From a bacterium (GTDB lineage: Bacteria > Cyanobacteriota > Vampirovibrionia > Vampirovibrionales > Vampirovibrionaceae), in contig JAUIEU010000001.1 in NCBI GenBank assembly GCA_030429585.1, positions 353,982 through 417,981 of the forward strand: DNA of 64,000 nt. The letters are read 5' to 3'. The number at the start of each line of letters is the position of its first letter. Position 1 is the stretch's first letter. Of the stretch, positions 55,812-64,000 are shown piece after piece. The notes beneath the pieces were generated by a model. The model saw only the letters and a list, made by a program, of their open reading frames with translations. It did no database searches and was not told where the DNA came from. Made by a program: the position numbers and the translations under genes.

Positions 55812-57158
55812 ATGACGCTCCCACCCCCTTCTACCCACACTTCATCTTTGTCTCCGAATGGCCAACCCACCTTTGGTAGGCCTTATTTTGGTCTTGGAGG
55901 AACGAGCTTTGCCATGAGGCGAGGTATGCTGCCACCCGCTATTCAGGGTAATACCCTGGCGAGGGGAGTTGCAAAACTAGAAACACGACGAAGCAATATG
56001 CGCGGTAGCGCTTTTGAATGGGGCAAAATGGTAGACGATACAATGAGCAGTACAGGTAGCCGCTTATTGGTAAGTAACAGTAAGGCAGAAGCTGTTGAAG
56101 TTACGGTTACTGAAACGATTGAAAGCTTAATTGTCTATTTTGGGGTGTCTGCCCTGGCTAATAAGTACCTGTTAAAACCCTTCGCCCGCTTGGCTAAACT
56201 GCCTAAAGCAGAATTTAAAAATTTAAAACAGGCGTTGGTGGATATGCCTAAGGCGAATTTAATTAAACATATCCCCGCCCGGTTGGGTACAATTGTTGCG
56301 GCCATGGGTACGACGCTGTTTTTTGGCGAATTTGCTATTCTATTTGGTAAAAATATTGGTAGTGCTAAGTTGTTTAATAGTGGTAGTTTTGCCCAGCTGT
56401 TAGATTTAAAACATAACCAACCGGTTAATGGCCAAGACCCAGAAGTGGCAGAAACCTTACGGCGCAGTAAAAAAGGCTTAAAGTATAGTATAGGCCTAGG
56501 GTTGGCCAGTATTGCAACAGCAATGGGTATTGCTCGTTTTGGCCCTAAGCTGCTGACGAATGTGGCAACTAAGCGGCTAGAACATTTTAGAAAAGTACTT
56601 AGTAATACCTTTGGCGGGTTGGATTTTAAGTCTGAAATTCGAAAATTAAAATCTGGGAAAGAGGTTAAACGGTTAGGGCTGAACTTGGGATTGATTCGTG
56701 CGTACATGGCTACGGCTGGGGTGGGGTATATGTTATCTGCACGGGATAAGTTAGAACGAATGGAGATATTACCTCGATTCACGGTTATCTTTTTGTATAT
56801 GGGTTGGTTTAATCATCATTTTGACCAAAAATTATTGCTTCCCTTCTTTAAAAAACGTTTGCCGGAATTGATTAGCGGCAATAAAAAGGATGGGTTTAAG
56901 GTGCGTAGCTTTGATACCTTAACCAAGGGCAAGGTGTTTAAAGCGGTTACGGATCCACGCCAACGCCGCTTAGCTGCTGGTAAGGCTACCTTGTTTTTGA
57001 CCCCTTATGTAGTGGGTATGGGGTTAGTTAGCTTTTTAAATGCAGCTATTAACCGTTATTTAACCTATCAACGGTTTGAGCATGGTGAAAAAGCCCAGGC
57101 TTTAAAAACATTTACTCGCCTTAGCCCGCTAAAACAAAAGCCACATTTAGTAGGGTAA
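55812..57158 (+). CDS. hypothetical protein (basic, several hydrophobic helices)
   Basis: Long ORF. The ORF-track GTG start at 55761 lies inside a hairpin/T-run, so the ATG at 55812 or a later one is preferred. No motif I recognise. Confidence 0.45.
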   Translation: MTLPPPSTHTSSLSPNGQPTFGRPYFGLGGTSFAMRRGMLPPAIQGNTLARGVAKLETRRSNMRGSAFEWGKMVDDTMSSTGSRLLVSNSKAEAVEVTVTETIESLIVYFGVSALANKYLLKPFARLAKLPKAEFKNLKQALVDMPKANLIKHIPARLGTIVAAMGTTLFFGEFAILFGKNIGSAKLFNSGSFAQLLDLKHNQPVNGQDPEVAETLRRSKKGLKYSIGLGLASIATAMGIARFGPKLLTNVATKRLEHFRKVLSNTFGGLDFKSEIRKLKSGKEVKRLGLNLGLIRAYMATAGVGYMLSARDKLERMEILPRFTVIFLYMGWFNHHFDQKLLLPFFKKRLPELISGNKKDGFKVRSFDTLTKGKVFKAVTDPRQRRLAAGKATLFLTPYVVGMGLVSFLNAAINRYLTYQRFEHGEKAQALKTFTRLSPLKQKPHLVG

Positions 57159-57266
57159 GGTAGGCTAAGTAAGGGGGAAGCACGCTGTATATCAAAGGTC
57201 TATCGCTTTTAGGCGGCAAATACTATCGGTTGGTAATATAACAAATTGTTAAAATAATGTCACAAA

Positions 57267-57310
57267 AGGCAATCTGAATCGTTTGAGTGTTTTTATTAAT
57301 TCAGAGAGTA
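57267..57310 (+). promoter_or_regulatory. copy B of the conserved upstream cis-element (GCAATCTGAATC-N8-TGTTTTTATTAATTCAGAGAG)
   Basis: 12-mer identical to copy A, with the same TGTTTTTATTA box and AGAG tail. Confidence 0.6.
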
Positions 57311-57463
57311 AAAAAATAATGGCTCATAAGCATTGCGCTTACCGCTATTTATTATGCATTACCAAGTTTTAATAACCCCGCATTGTTATCAATGCATTTA
57401 ATAAAGATTTTTTTCGAGCAGAGAACATAATTTATTTTAGAGAGAGAACAAGGAGCTTACACC

Positions 57464-59344
57464 ATGGGATGGTCCGTAAATAATGCAAAACATGCCGCTA
57501 CTAACCAGGATTTAAGTGGCAAAAGTATTAAAGGTGATCAAAAGAAACGATATAACACCTTTTTAGGGCGTCATGAGATTGACAACTCTGACCTTACGAT
57601 TAACCAACGCGGTAAAGGTAACCAGATAAAACTTAACGAAAGTGATACCAACAATATCACCGCAAAACAGGTATCAACTTCTGCGTATGGCCGTAACATT
57701 TTTGATGTTAATGGCGACGATAACACTATTGACTTAACTCACAAAGGTGGCCGTTCTAGAGTTCGCACTACCGGTGATGGTACCCATTTAGACCTTGATT
57801 CAACAGAAGCCAAAAATACAACGAATGTCTTTAAAGGGAATGACTTTTTATCATCTTTCTTAAGCCTATCCGAAACCGGCCCCAACAACTTACTGGTTCA
57901 AGGTGATGCCTTTAACATTGGCAACATTACCGGTGGCGAAGATGTGGACCAGTTCATCTTTGATGGTAACGGCAAGATTGATTCTATTGAAACCCACGAA
58001 GGTAACGATGAAGTAACCTTTACCGGCGATGGACAAACCACTGCCGATGTAGACCTGGGCAAAGGCGATGACGTTGTTCGGGCCAACGGCCTAAAAGGTA
58101 AAGTAGAAGGTGGCGCCGGTACCGATACCGCTCGTTTCCGTACTACCAAAGGTAACAACAAAGTACAAATCAGTAATGTTGAAAACATCGAAATTGACGG
58201 TGTTGACCTAGGTGCCAATTTTGACTTGGCCACCGCCACGAAAGCAGACTTGCCCAGCGGCATGAGTTTTGAAACCGATTCCGATGGTAACCGCGCCATT
58301 AAGATTGGTGACAGCACCTATAACTTAGATGATACTGATTCAAACATTACGATTGGTGGCAAAACCCAATTGGCAAGCGAGTGGTTTACCCAGTTTGGCA
58401 GTACTGCGGCTCCTGTAACCACCGACACCATTGATGGTACGGTTGGTGATGATACCCTGGATGCTCGTAACGGTGACTTTACCGTAAATGCCGATCATGG
58501 TGATGACACCATCTTCGTTGATGGCGACTCTAGCGGTATTGTTCATGGCGGACGCGGTAACGATACCCTGACGTCTGAAGTTAAGTTAGGAGACTACGAC
58601 AACATTGTGTACGACGAGACCGATGATAAGTTCACCCTAACCAAAGATGGTAACAAACTGGTGGTGTCTGGCGATGTTGAAAACTTTGATTTTGACGGCC
58701 AAGCGTTAACCAAGCAAGAGCTAGAAGACCACGCCAAAAACCTGAACATTTTAAATAGCCTAGCCTTAGTAGAAGGTAACGCCCACGACGAAACCATTAC
58801 CAAAAACGGCACCGACTTAATGGGCAAACTGATTGACGGTAAAGACGGCAACGACACCTTAAAAACCGATGTTAAGTTAGTGGATTTAGCTAACATTACA
58901 GAAGTTGATATTAACGGTGTTAAAGGCTTCGAGTTAACAGACGCGAATGGCGATATCTCTCGTGTTGTTAACATCGAAAACTTTGACTTCGATGGCCAAG
59001 TGGTTAGTGCAGCAGACCTAATTAATGAATTCAAAAACCCCACCCCCATTCTAACGGCTGTTGATGGTGATGCCGGTAATAATACATTTGGAAATGGAGC
59101 TGGCAACGGCAACTATAGAGGCAGTAACTTCTTCGGAAACTTGTACGATGGTAAAGCGGGTTCTGATAGCCTGTGGACTGACCACCGTGTAGCTGACCTG
59201 ACATTCTCGTTAGTTGATATTAACGGTACTGAAGGAATTGAAATTGCTGATGCGAATGGTAATATTTCCCGAGTTCTCAATATGGAACACTTTAACTTCG
59301 GTGGTGTATACCAATCATATGCTCAACTTAAAGCCCGTGTTTAA
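57464..59344 (+). CDS. RTX-like Asp/Gly/Asn-rich repeat protein (candidate type I secretion substrate)
   Basis: AAGGAG SD 8 nt upstream. No N-terminal signal peptide. It has GGxGxDxUx-type nonapeptides (HGGRGNDTL, GGAGTDTAR, GKDGNDTLK) and three ~65-aa C-terminal tandem modules (..DG.xGNDTL.TDVKL.DL ... NxENFDFDGQ..). Confidence 0.7.
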   Translation: MGWSVNNAKHAATNQDLSGKSIKGDQKKRYNTFLGRHEIDNSDLTINQRGKGNQIKLNESDTNNITAKQVSTSAYGRNIFDVNGDDNTIDLTHKGGRSRVRTTGDGTHLDLDSTEAKNTTNVFKGNDFLSSFLSLSETGPNNLLVQGDAFNIGNITGGEDVDQFIFDGNGKIDSIETHEGNDEVTFTGDGQTTADVDLGKGDDVVRANGLKGKVEGGAGTDTARFRTTKGNNKVQISNVENIEIDGVDLGANFDLATATKADLPSGMSFETDSDGNRAIKIGDSTYNLDDTDSNITIGGKTQLASEWFTQFGSTAAPVTTDTIDGTVGDDTLDARNGDFTVNADHGDDTIFVDGDSSGIVHGGRGNDTLTSEVKLGDYDNIVYDETDDKFTLTKDGNKLVVSGDVENFDFDGQALTKQELEDHAKNLNILNSLALVEGNAHDETITKNGTDLMGKLIDGKDGNDTLKTDVKLVDLANITEVDINGVKGFELTDANGDISRVVNIENFDFDGQVVSAADLINEFKNPTPILTAVDGDAGNNTFGNGAGNGNYRGSNFFGNLYDGKAGSDSLWTDHRVADLTFSLVDINGTEGIEIADANGNISRVLNMEHFNFGGVYQSYAQLKARV

Positions 59345-59387
59345 TAAATTCTAGCAAGCTATTAGTTTTGTAAAAAGCATCTAAGTT

Positions 59388-60797
59388 CTAACTCAACAAT
59401 GCACCGCTTGTGGCCTTTGGCTGGCAGGCGGTGTTTTTGTTAGCCACCCCAGTGCGGCTACAGTGGGCACTAATATCATCAGCCAAAGCCCATAACACTT
59501 GGCGGGCAATCAATTGTTTATCCGCCTTGGGTAGGTGGCGTAGCAGGTCGGGCTCGCTGGCCAGCAGTAAGGTTACTTCGTTTACATTGGTGCCAAAGCC
59601 AATATCGTTGCGGCTTATATCGTTTAAGCATAGGGCGTGTAGGTTTTTCCGAAGCATTTTTTGCCGGGCCAGGTCAATAATCGCATCCGTCTCGTGGTCA
59701 TCCGGGGCCATGGCAGGGCTGTTTCCGGGCGGCTCACTGGCCGTTTCCGCCGCAAAACCTAACGTGTACAGGTGGGGGTAGGCCTGGATAAGGCCTGCAA
59801 TAACATCTACGTTGGGGGTAAGGGCTAGGGTGACGGGTTTGGCGGTGCGTTTTAGTTTGGTTTGGCTGGCATTATCTACCGTAAAATCGCTAACGGCAGC
59901 GGCCATTACCACGCCATGGTGGCCAGGGGCCAGGTTGTGCAGGGTATCGTTAAGCTGGGCGCTGGTTTGCACGCGGGTAATGGCAAAGGTGTCGTCGTTG
60001 GTAGGGGTATTGGCGAGTAGGGCATCGCTAACGGTTTGGGTGGCTACCACATGCACACTGGCGCCCAGTTGCCACAGTTGGTGGGCAAAGGCTAGGCCCA
60101 TTTTACCGCTGCTGCGGTTGGTAATATGGCGCACGGGGTCCATGGGTTCTGCGGTGCCGCCGGCAGTAACCATAAACCGGTATCCGGTTAGCTTTTGGGG
60201 CTGCAAGCTTTTGGCTAGCCCATGCAGCAGGTGATGAAGGGGAGCCAGGTGGCCGGTGCCTTCTTCGCCGCAGGCCAGTACCCCGTGGGTGGGGGGAATA
60301 ATCGTAACATTGGGCCAAGATTGCAGTATATCAATATTCGCCTGAACGGCAGGGTGGGCCCACATGCGGGGGTTCATGGCCGGGGCAATAATTAGGGGTT
60401 TGTTTGCCCAGCACAGGGCGGTGGTGCTTAGCATATCGCTAGCATGGCCATGGGCCAGCTTGGCCAAGGTGTTGGCGGTGGCTGGCATAATGATTAAGGC
60501 ATCGGCCTGTTGGGCCAAGGCAATATGCCAGGGGGTGCCATCGGCATCCACGCCCAGTTCGTCCGTTAGTACTGGCTGCCGGGTCAGGGATTCAAAGGTT
60601 AGGGTGCCGATAAAGGCGTCGGTGCTGGGGGTGGTAATAACCTGCACGCTGCGGGCCCCTTGGCGCTGGCATTCTCGGATAAGCTCGCAGGCCTTGTAGG
60701 CGGCAATGCCACCGCACACGCCTATAACCAAGCGTTTGCCATCCAGTGGCTTACCGGTAATGGCCGCTAGTGTGGTGGTGGGTGCTGGGGTTGCCAT
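59388..60797 (-). CDS. coaBC: bifunctional phosphopantothenoylcysteine decarboxylase / phosphopantothenate-cysteine ligase
   Basis: N-terminal flavoprotein domain (LVIGVCGGIAAYKACELIR) and C-terminal CoaB ligase domain. Confidence 0.9.
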   Translation of the reverse strand: MATPAPTTTLAAITGKPLDGKRLVIGVCGGIAAYKACELIRECQRQGARSVQVITTPSTDAFIGTLTFESLTRQPVLTDELGVDADGTPWHIALAQQADALIIMPATANTLAKLAHGHASDMLSTTALCWANKPLIIAPAMNPRMWAHPAVQANIDILQSWPNVTIIPPTHGVLACGEEGTGHLAPLHHLLHGLAKSLQPQKLTGYRFMVTAGGTAEPMDPVRHITNRSSGKMGLAFAHQLWQLGASVHVVATQTVSDALLANTPTNDDTFAITRVQTSAQLNDTLHNLAPGHHGVVMAAAVSDFTVDNASQTKLKRTAKPVTLALTPNVDVIAGLIQAYPHLYTLGFAAETASEPPGNSPAMAPDDHETDAIIDLARQKMLRKNLHALCLNDISRNDIGFGTNVNEVTLLLASEPDLLRHLPKADKQLIARQVLWALADDISAHCSRTGVANKNTACQPKATSGALLS

Positions 60798-61012
60798 AAT
60801 AAATACCCTAGTTGTTGTGGGCGTAGAATAGTGGCCTTATTGTACCCCAGCCAGTGGTGGGCTTCATCTGTATGGCGTGGCAAGGGTAAAAATAGCGTCA
60901 GGAGAGGGTTTCACCCCGCTTGAATTACCCGAATGATAACAGAGTGTAACATTTTGTGTGTTAAGGACACTAAGTAGTTGACCCTTTACCCACAACAGCG
61001 TATATTACTACC

Positions 61013-61098
61013 CAAGGTTAGTAATACTAACCTCTTTAAATTATTCCCCTCACTCCCAACCTAATTTTTTATAAGCTCCGTTCTACGGGGCTTTTTTC
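61013..61098 (+). ncRNA. candidate small RNA, unit 1 (~86 nt)
   Basis: TTGACC-N17-TATATT promoter (60978..61006). 5' hairpin GGTTAGTAATACTAACC. C-rich single-stranded CCCCUCACUCCCAACCUAAU. Intrinsic terminator AGCTCCG-ttcta-CGGGGCT+T6 (61074..61098). Confidence 0.45.
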
Positions 61099-61209
61099 TT
61101 ATGTGGGGGGATTCAGTCCGAAGGGCACTATATTAAAATCCTGTTACAAAATTAAGGTGTTTTTAATACACTAACTTGACTCTCTCGGTTTCCGCCTTAT
61201 ACTACTACC

Positions 61210-61408
61210 TGTAGTTAGTAATACACGCTATGCGGTGTTGCTAGTTCAAAGACACACCTGTTACTTATTGCCTTAACTCATTTCAACTTATTTTCAAGTT
61301 ATATTCTCCCTCTTCAACCCCCTTACTCTCTTCTTAATTATTATACTCACTCCCAACCTAATACGATTCTAACCCCTGAGCGAAATTATGTTTCAGGGGC
61401 TTTTTTTT
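61210..61408 (+). ncRNA. candidate small RNA, unit 2 (~200 nt), paralog of unit 1
   Basis: TTGACT-N16-TATACT promoter (61176..61203). It shares ACTACC..GTTAGTAATAC at the 5' end and CACTCCCAACCTAAT before the terminator CCCCTG...CAGGGG+T8 (61373..61408), with a long CU-rich interior. Confidence 0.45.
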
Positions 61409-61569
61409 GCCTGAGTTTACCTTTTGGGTGGTTTGGGTATAGGGGCTATAAACGTGTGTATACTGCGATAATTAACAATTACTATAATTGTAATAAACAA
61501 AGGTTTTCTATGTGGTGTACAAAAGTTAGCCAGTTGGCCACTTAAATTTGGGAGCAAATAATCGATAAA

Positions 61570-61684
61570 CAATATATACACACTCACACACACGACTTTA
61601 AGATCACCCACTCCCTAAGAACACACGTACCCACGTTACAACAGTTCTCCCCAACAATGTCCCAGCGTTGTTGGGGTTTTTTTA
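61570..61684 (+). ncRNA. candidate small RNA, unit 3 (weaker)
   Basis: Possible TTGGCC-N17-AATAAT promoter (61534..61562). CACACTCACACACAC and CACCCACTCCCTAAG motifs. Strong terminator CCCCAACAA-(loop)-TTGTTGGGG+T7 (61649..61684). Confidence 0.3.
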
Positions 61685-62019
61685 TGCTTAAAAACCCCTG
61701 ATGTAGTGTTATAACCGGCTTTAACCCTTGTTTTTTCTATCTGGTAAGGAATATATGGCTACTTGGCCACTACACATTGGGTAACTATTAACGATAACTA
61801 AAGTATATCAAGCACCGCGACTTGAAGCCCTCTTCCCACTGCCCCGCCAAGCTGATGAGCTTGCCTACGCAGAACACCAACACCTTCCCTCTCTCTCCCT
61901 CAAGACGTCCACCCTACACAACAAATGGAGGAATAAGCGCCATCTGCCTTAGTTAGTCTATAACCGTAAGGTTTTTGTCTTTAGTAAGCCCCTATAGTGT
62001 TTCGCTATAGGGGCTTGCG

Positions 62020-63342
62020 CTATGTTGGCGTGGTTATGGGGCGCTGGTAGCGCAATTGGCCATTAATCCACACATGCTGGGCCTGGGTGGTGGGGGCCAG
62101 CCACTGGGCCAGGGCCTGGTAAGGGGTGTGGTGTCGGGGGCCAACAGTAGCATTGGTATGCCATGCCACCACATCGGCGGCCTTGCCGGGGGCTAGGGTG
62201 CCACAGCGGGTTTGCCACCCCAGTTGCTTGGCGCCGTGTTGGGTAAGCATGGCCAATAGGGTGGGTAGGGGCCACCCGTGGTGTTGGTGGCACCATCGGC
62301 CTTCGGCGCGTACATCCAGGGTATGGTTGCTTAGGGTGCTGTCCGTCCCTAAGGATAAACAGTCGGTGGGGGCGTTAGCGGCCAGGGTATGGCCGTGGAG
62401 CCACAGATTGCTACGGGGGCAGTGGCTTACCCCAATATGTGGGTGTTGGCTCATGTGGTGCCAGTCATCAGGGGTTAAGGTAACGCCGTGGGCCAGGATG
62501 ATAGGCCGTGTGGTATCGGTAAAACAGCCGTGTTGGCGTAGGTATTGGTAGGGCGAAGTAGCCTGCGGGTTGGCGGCTAGGGGTTGTGGGCCGATAGGGC
62601 TACCAAAAAAGCGTTTGTGGACATCACCTATGGGGGTGGGTTGGCCTAGCAGCCAGTGGGTTTCATCGGTGCTTTCGCCAGCATGGGTATGTAATAGGCC
62701 GGGTTGGCAAGTATCCACCATGGCCTGCCACGAGGTGGGCGACACGTTATACGGCGCATGGGGGGATAACCCGGCGGTTAATAAGGGGCTGGCTTTGCTG
62801 GCAAAATGCTGCCAATATCGTACTGGGTGGGCTGTCGGGGTGGGGGTATCCCATAAGGGCCAAAACCATTCCATGCTTACGGCCCCGCGCAAGCCACAGG
62901 CGGCTAGGGCGTGAAAACTCTCGCCAAAGGTGCTGATATCGTTGACGCCGGTGGTACCGCAGGCCAGTAAGGCCTGGGTGGCTGCCATACAGTGTTCTAA
63001 AGGGCTGTGGGGGCTGCTTTGCCGGTGGGTAATAACCTTGTTTAGCCAGTCGCCCATACTTTCATCAGCGTTAATGGGGATAGGCGTTGGGATGTGGGGC
63101 AGGGTTAGCTCTAGGTGGGTGTGGGTGTTAATCAGCCCTGGGGTTATAAACGTGGTGCCGTGGTTGGGTAGGGTGCCTAGTAACTCGCTGTGGAGGCTAG
63201 GGGCCAGCTCGTTAAGGCTACCCACGGCGGTAATAGTCTGGCCTTGCAATGCCACAAACCCGTGGGCAATAGGCGCTGCCCCGACTGGGAACACCCAATG
63301 GGCGGCGTGATAGTGTGGGGGCGAGGGTGAAGGAGGTGTCAT
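62020..63342 (-). CDS. amidohydrolase-superfamily deaminase-like enzyme (MTA/SAH or aminofutalosine deaminase-like), GC-rich and His/Pro/Trp-rich
   Basis: HxH metal site (GLINTHTHLELT) and a second HTHAGES motif. The likely start is the ATG at 63342; the ORF track extends to 63480. About 62% GC against about 50% locally. Confidence 0.7.
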   Translation of the reverse strand: MTPPSPSPPHYHAAHWVFPVGAAPIAHGFVALQGQTITAVGSLNELAPSLHSELLGTLPNHGTTFITPGLINTHTHLELTLPHIPTPIPINADESMGDWLNKVITHRQSSPHSPLEHCMAATQALLACGTTGVNDISTFGESFHALAACGLRGAVSMEWFWPLWDTPTPTAHPVRYWQHFASKASPLLTAGLSPHAPYNVSPTSWQAMVDTCQPGLLHTHAGESTDETHWLLGQPTPIGDVHKRFFGSPIGPQPLAANPQATSPYQYLRQHGCFTDTTRPIILAHGVTLTPDDWHHMSQHPHIGVSHCPRSNLWLHGHTLAANAPTDCLSLGTDSTLSNHTLDVRAEGRWCHQHHGWPLPTLLAMLTQHGAKQLGWQTRCGTLAPGKAADVVAWHTNATVGPRHHTPYQALAQWLAPTTQAQHVWINGQLRYQRPITTPT

Positions 63343-63540
63343 AAAAATGGTTGGTGGTGGAAGATGAGGAGGACGGAAACCGAATTTTGCTTTACAATAC
63401 CGTAAATGCCCGCCGTTTTGATGATGAACCGCTGGGCGGTGCCTGTAGATTTTAAAGGATAGCCCTTCGTTATGGCCCATACTGCCTCTGACGCTAAAAA
63501 AGACGGTTGCAAAGTAGCGGCAACCCTTGGTGATAAGTGG

Positions 63541-63639
63541 ATGATTGTTATCTTCCCTATGATCCCCCTGACCTTGTTTATGTTGGCCTTAATTGGCTTT
63601 TGGGTATTTGGTAGCTTTATTATTCCGCTATTTTTATAG
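63541..63639 (+). CDS. possible 32-aa single-TM hydrophobic peptide
   Basis: MIVIFPMIPLTLFMLALIGFWVFGSFIIPLFL. GGTGA lies 8 nt upstream of the ATG. A bidirectional intrinsic terminator follows 40 nt downstream. Confidence 0.25.
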   Translation: MIVIFPMIPLTLFMLALIGFWVFGSFIIPLFL

Positions 63640-63680
63640 TGGGTAACAATGCCCTTACGGCTAACGAAAACGTTAATTAA

Positions 63681-63716
63681 AAAAACGACCCTGTGGAAAG
63701 CCATAGGGTCGTTTTT
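63681..63716. terminator. bidirectional intrinsic terminator (serves rpsI on the minus strand)
   Basis: AAAAACGACCCT-(12-nt loop)-AGGGTCGTTTTT, symmetric with a U-run on both strands. Confidence 0.75.
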
Positions 63717-63760
63717 GGTAAGAGAGAAAAGAGAAGGGTGGCCGTAAGGGCCAGGTCGCT

Positions 63761-64000
63761 TTAGCGCTTGGAGAACTGGAAGGCTTTCCGGGCTTTTTTC
63801 AGGCCGTATTTCTTCCGTTCTTTTACTAGCGGGTTGCGGGTTAGGTAGCCGCCATCGCGCATTAATTTTTGGTACTCAGGGTTCACGTCTGCCAAAGCGC
63901 GGGCTAAACCAAGGCGAATAGCGCCAGCTTGGCCGCTTTTACCGCCGCCTTCGGTTTTTACCAATACATCGTACTGGGTTTCAACCTCAGCCACTTTTAA
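63761..64000 (-). CDS. rpsI: 30S ribosomal protein S9, C-terminal part (gene continues beyond the window end)
   Basis: ...[19 protein letters not shown]...[12 protein letters not shown] is the S9 C-terminal signature. Confidence 0.9.
   Translation of the reverse strand, partial: LKVAEVETQYDVLVKTEGGGKSGQAGAIRLGLARALADVNPEYQKLMRDGGYLTRNPLVKERKKYGLKKARKAFQFSKR

Noticed and set aside
61417-61611. 64-aa minus-strand ORF in the sRNA region
   Set aside because: No RBS. It overlaps the predicted unit-3 promoter on the opposite strand, and the region behaves as noncoding (promoters, terminators, AT-rich).
61989-62013. Hairpin CCCCTATAG-tgtttcg-CTATAGGGG just past the amidohydrolase stop
   Set aside because: No U-run follows on the relevant (minus) strand, so it is not a convincing intrinsic terminator. 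It could still be a stabilising 3' stem-loop.
60830-62020. Possibility that the structured noncoding region is RNase P RNA, tmRNA, SRP RNA or a CRISPR leader/array
   Set aside because: No tmRNA tag ORF or tRNA-like 3' end, no SRP GGAA tetraloop domain, no RNase P P4 consensus, and no regularly spaced direct repeats. Promoter-to-terminator architecture repeated three times fits independent sRNA genes better.
63339-63704. 121-aa minus-strand ORF upstream of the amidohydrolase
   Set aside because: It overlaps the probable true start of the amidohydrolase and the bidirectional terminator. It is more likely the untranslated leader plus an N-terminal over-extension.
1-64000. Search for integrase, transposase, IS inverted repeats, prophage genes or CRISPR arrays
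   Set aside because: None seen. The only island-like signals are compositional (AT-rich islets at 1.6-2.7 kb, 4.5-5.4 kb and 20.1-20.9 kb, and the GC-rich gene at 62-63.3 kb) plus the tRNA-adjacent repeats, with no recombinase gene.

Overview
This is a ~50% GC chromosomal segment from a diderm bacterium. It encodes LptF/G, a TolC-type outer-membrane factor, a two-partner secretion system and an SLH-domain protein, and the window ends inside rpsI. Housekeeping genes are interleaved with a large amount of secretion and accessory content. The housekeeping genes are a thymidine/pyrimidine-nucleoside phosphorylase, a tryptophanase-family lyase, TypA/BipA, a DEAD-box helicase, an MBL-fold hydrolase, an NAD-binding dehydrogenase, a YaaA-family protein, a PEP-utilizing enzyme, a hybrid histidine kinase, MscS, an NhaP antiporter, an SLC12-like permease, two tandem thioredoxins and CoaBC. 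The accessory content is a complete type I secretion operon (ABC-HlyD-TolC) beside a secreted TPR-metzincin and a membrane-anchored EEP-family enzyme, an ATP-grasp ligase whose 3' end overlaps a 732-aa unknown protein in the +1 frame, a TpsB / giant 2487-aa TpsA / TM-helix-repeat protein / second short TpsA locus, an RTX-like repeat protein and a glycine-zipper protein. A tRNA-Pro(CGG) is preceded by 79-bp tandem repeats that duplicate its promoter and 5' end. It is followed by a low-GC islet that carries a HEPN-motif (Rx4H) reading frame broken by two in-frame stops. The two most novel signals are these. First, a ~50-nt cis-element is conserved upstream of three unrelated secreted/repeat-protein genes at 20.3 kb, 24.6 kb and 57.3 kb. 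Second, three tandem sRNA-like units lie between coaBC and a GC-rich His/Pro-rich amidohydrolase gene, each bounded by a sigma70-like promoter and an intrinsic terminator, and all share a C-rich ACUCCC motif. No CRISPR array, integrase or transposase was found.
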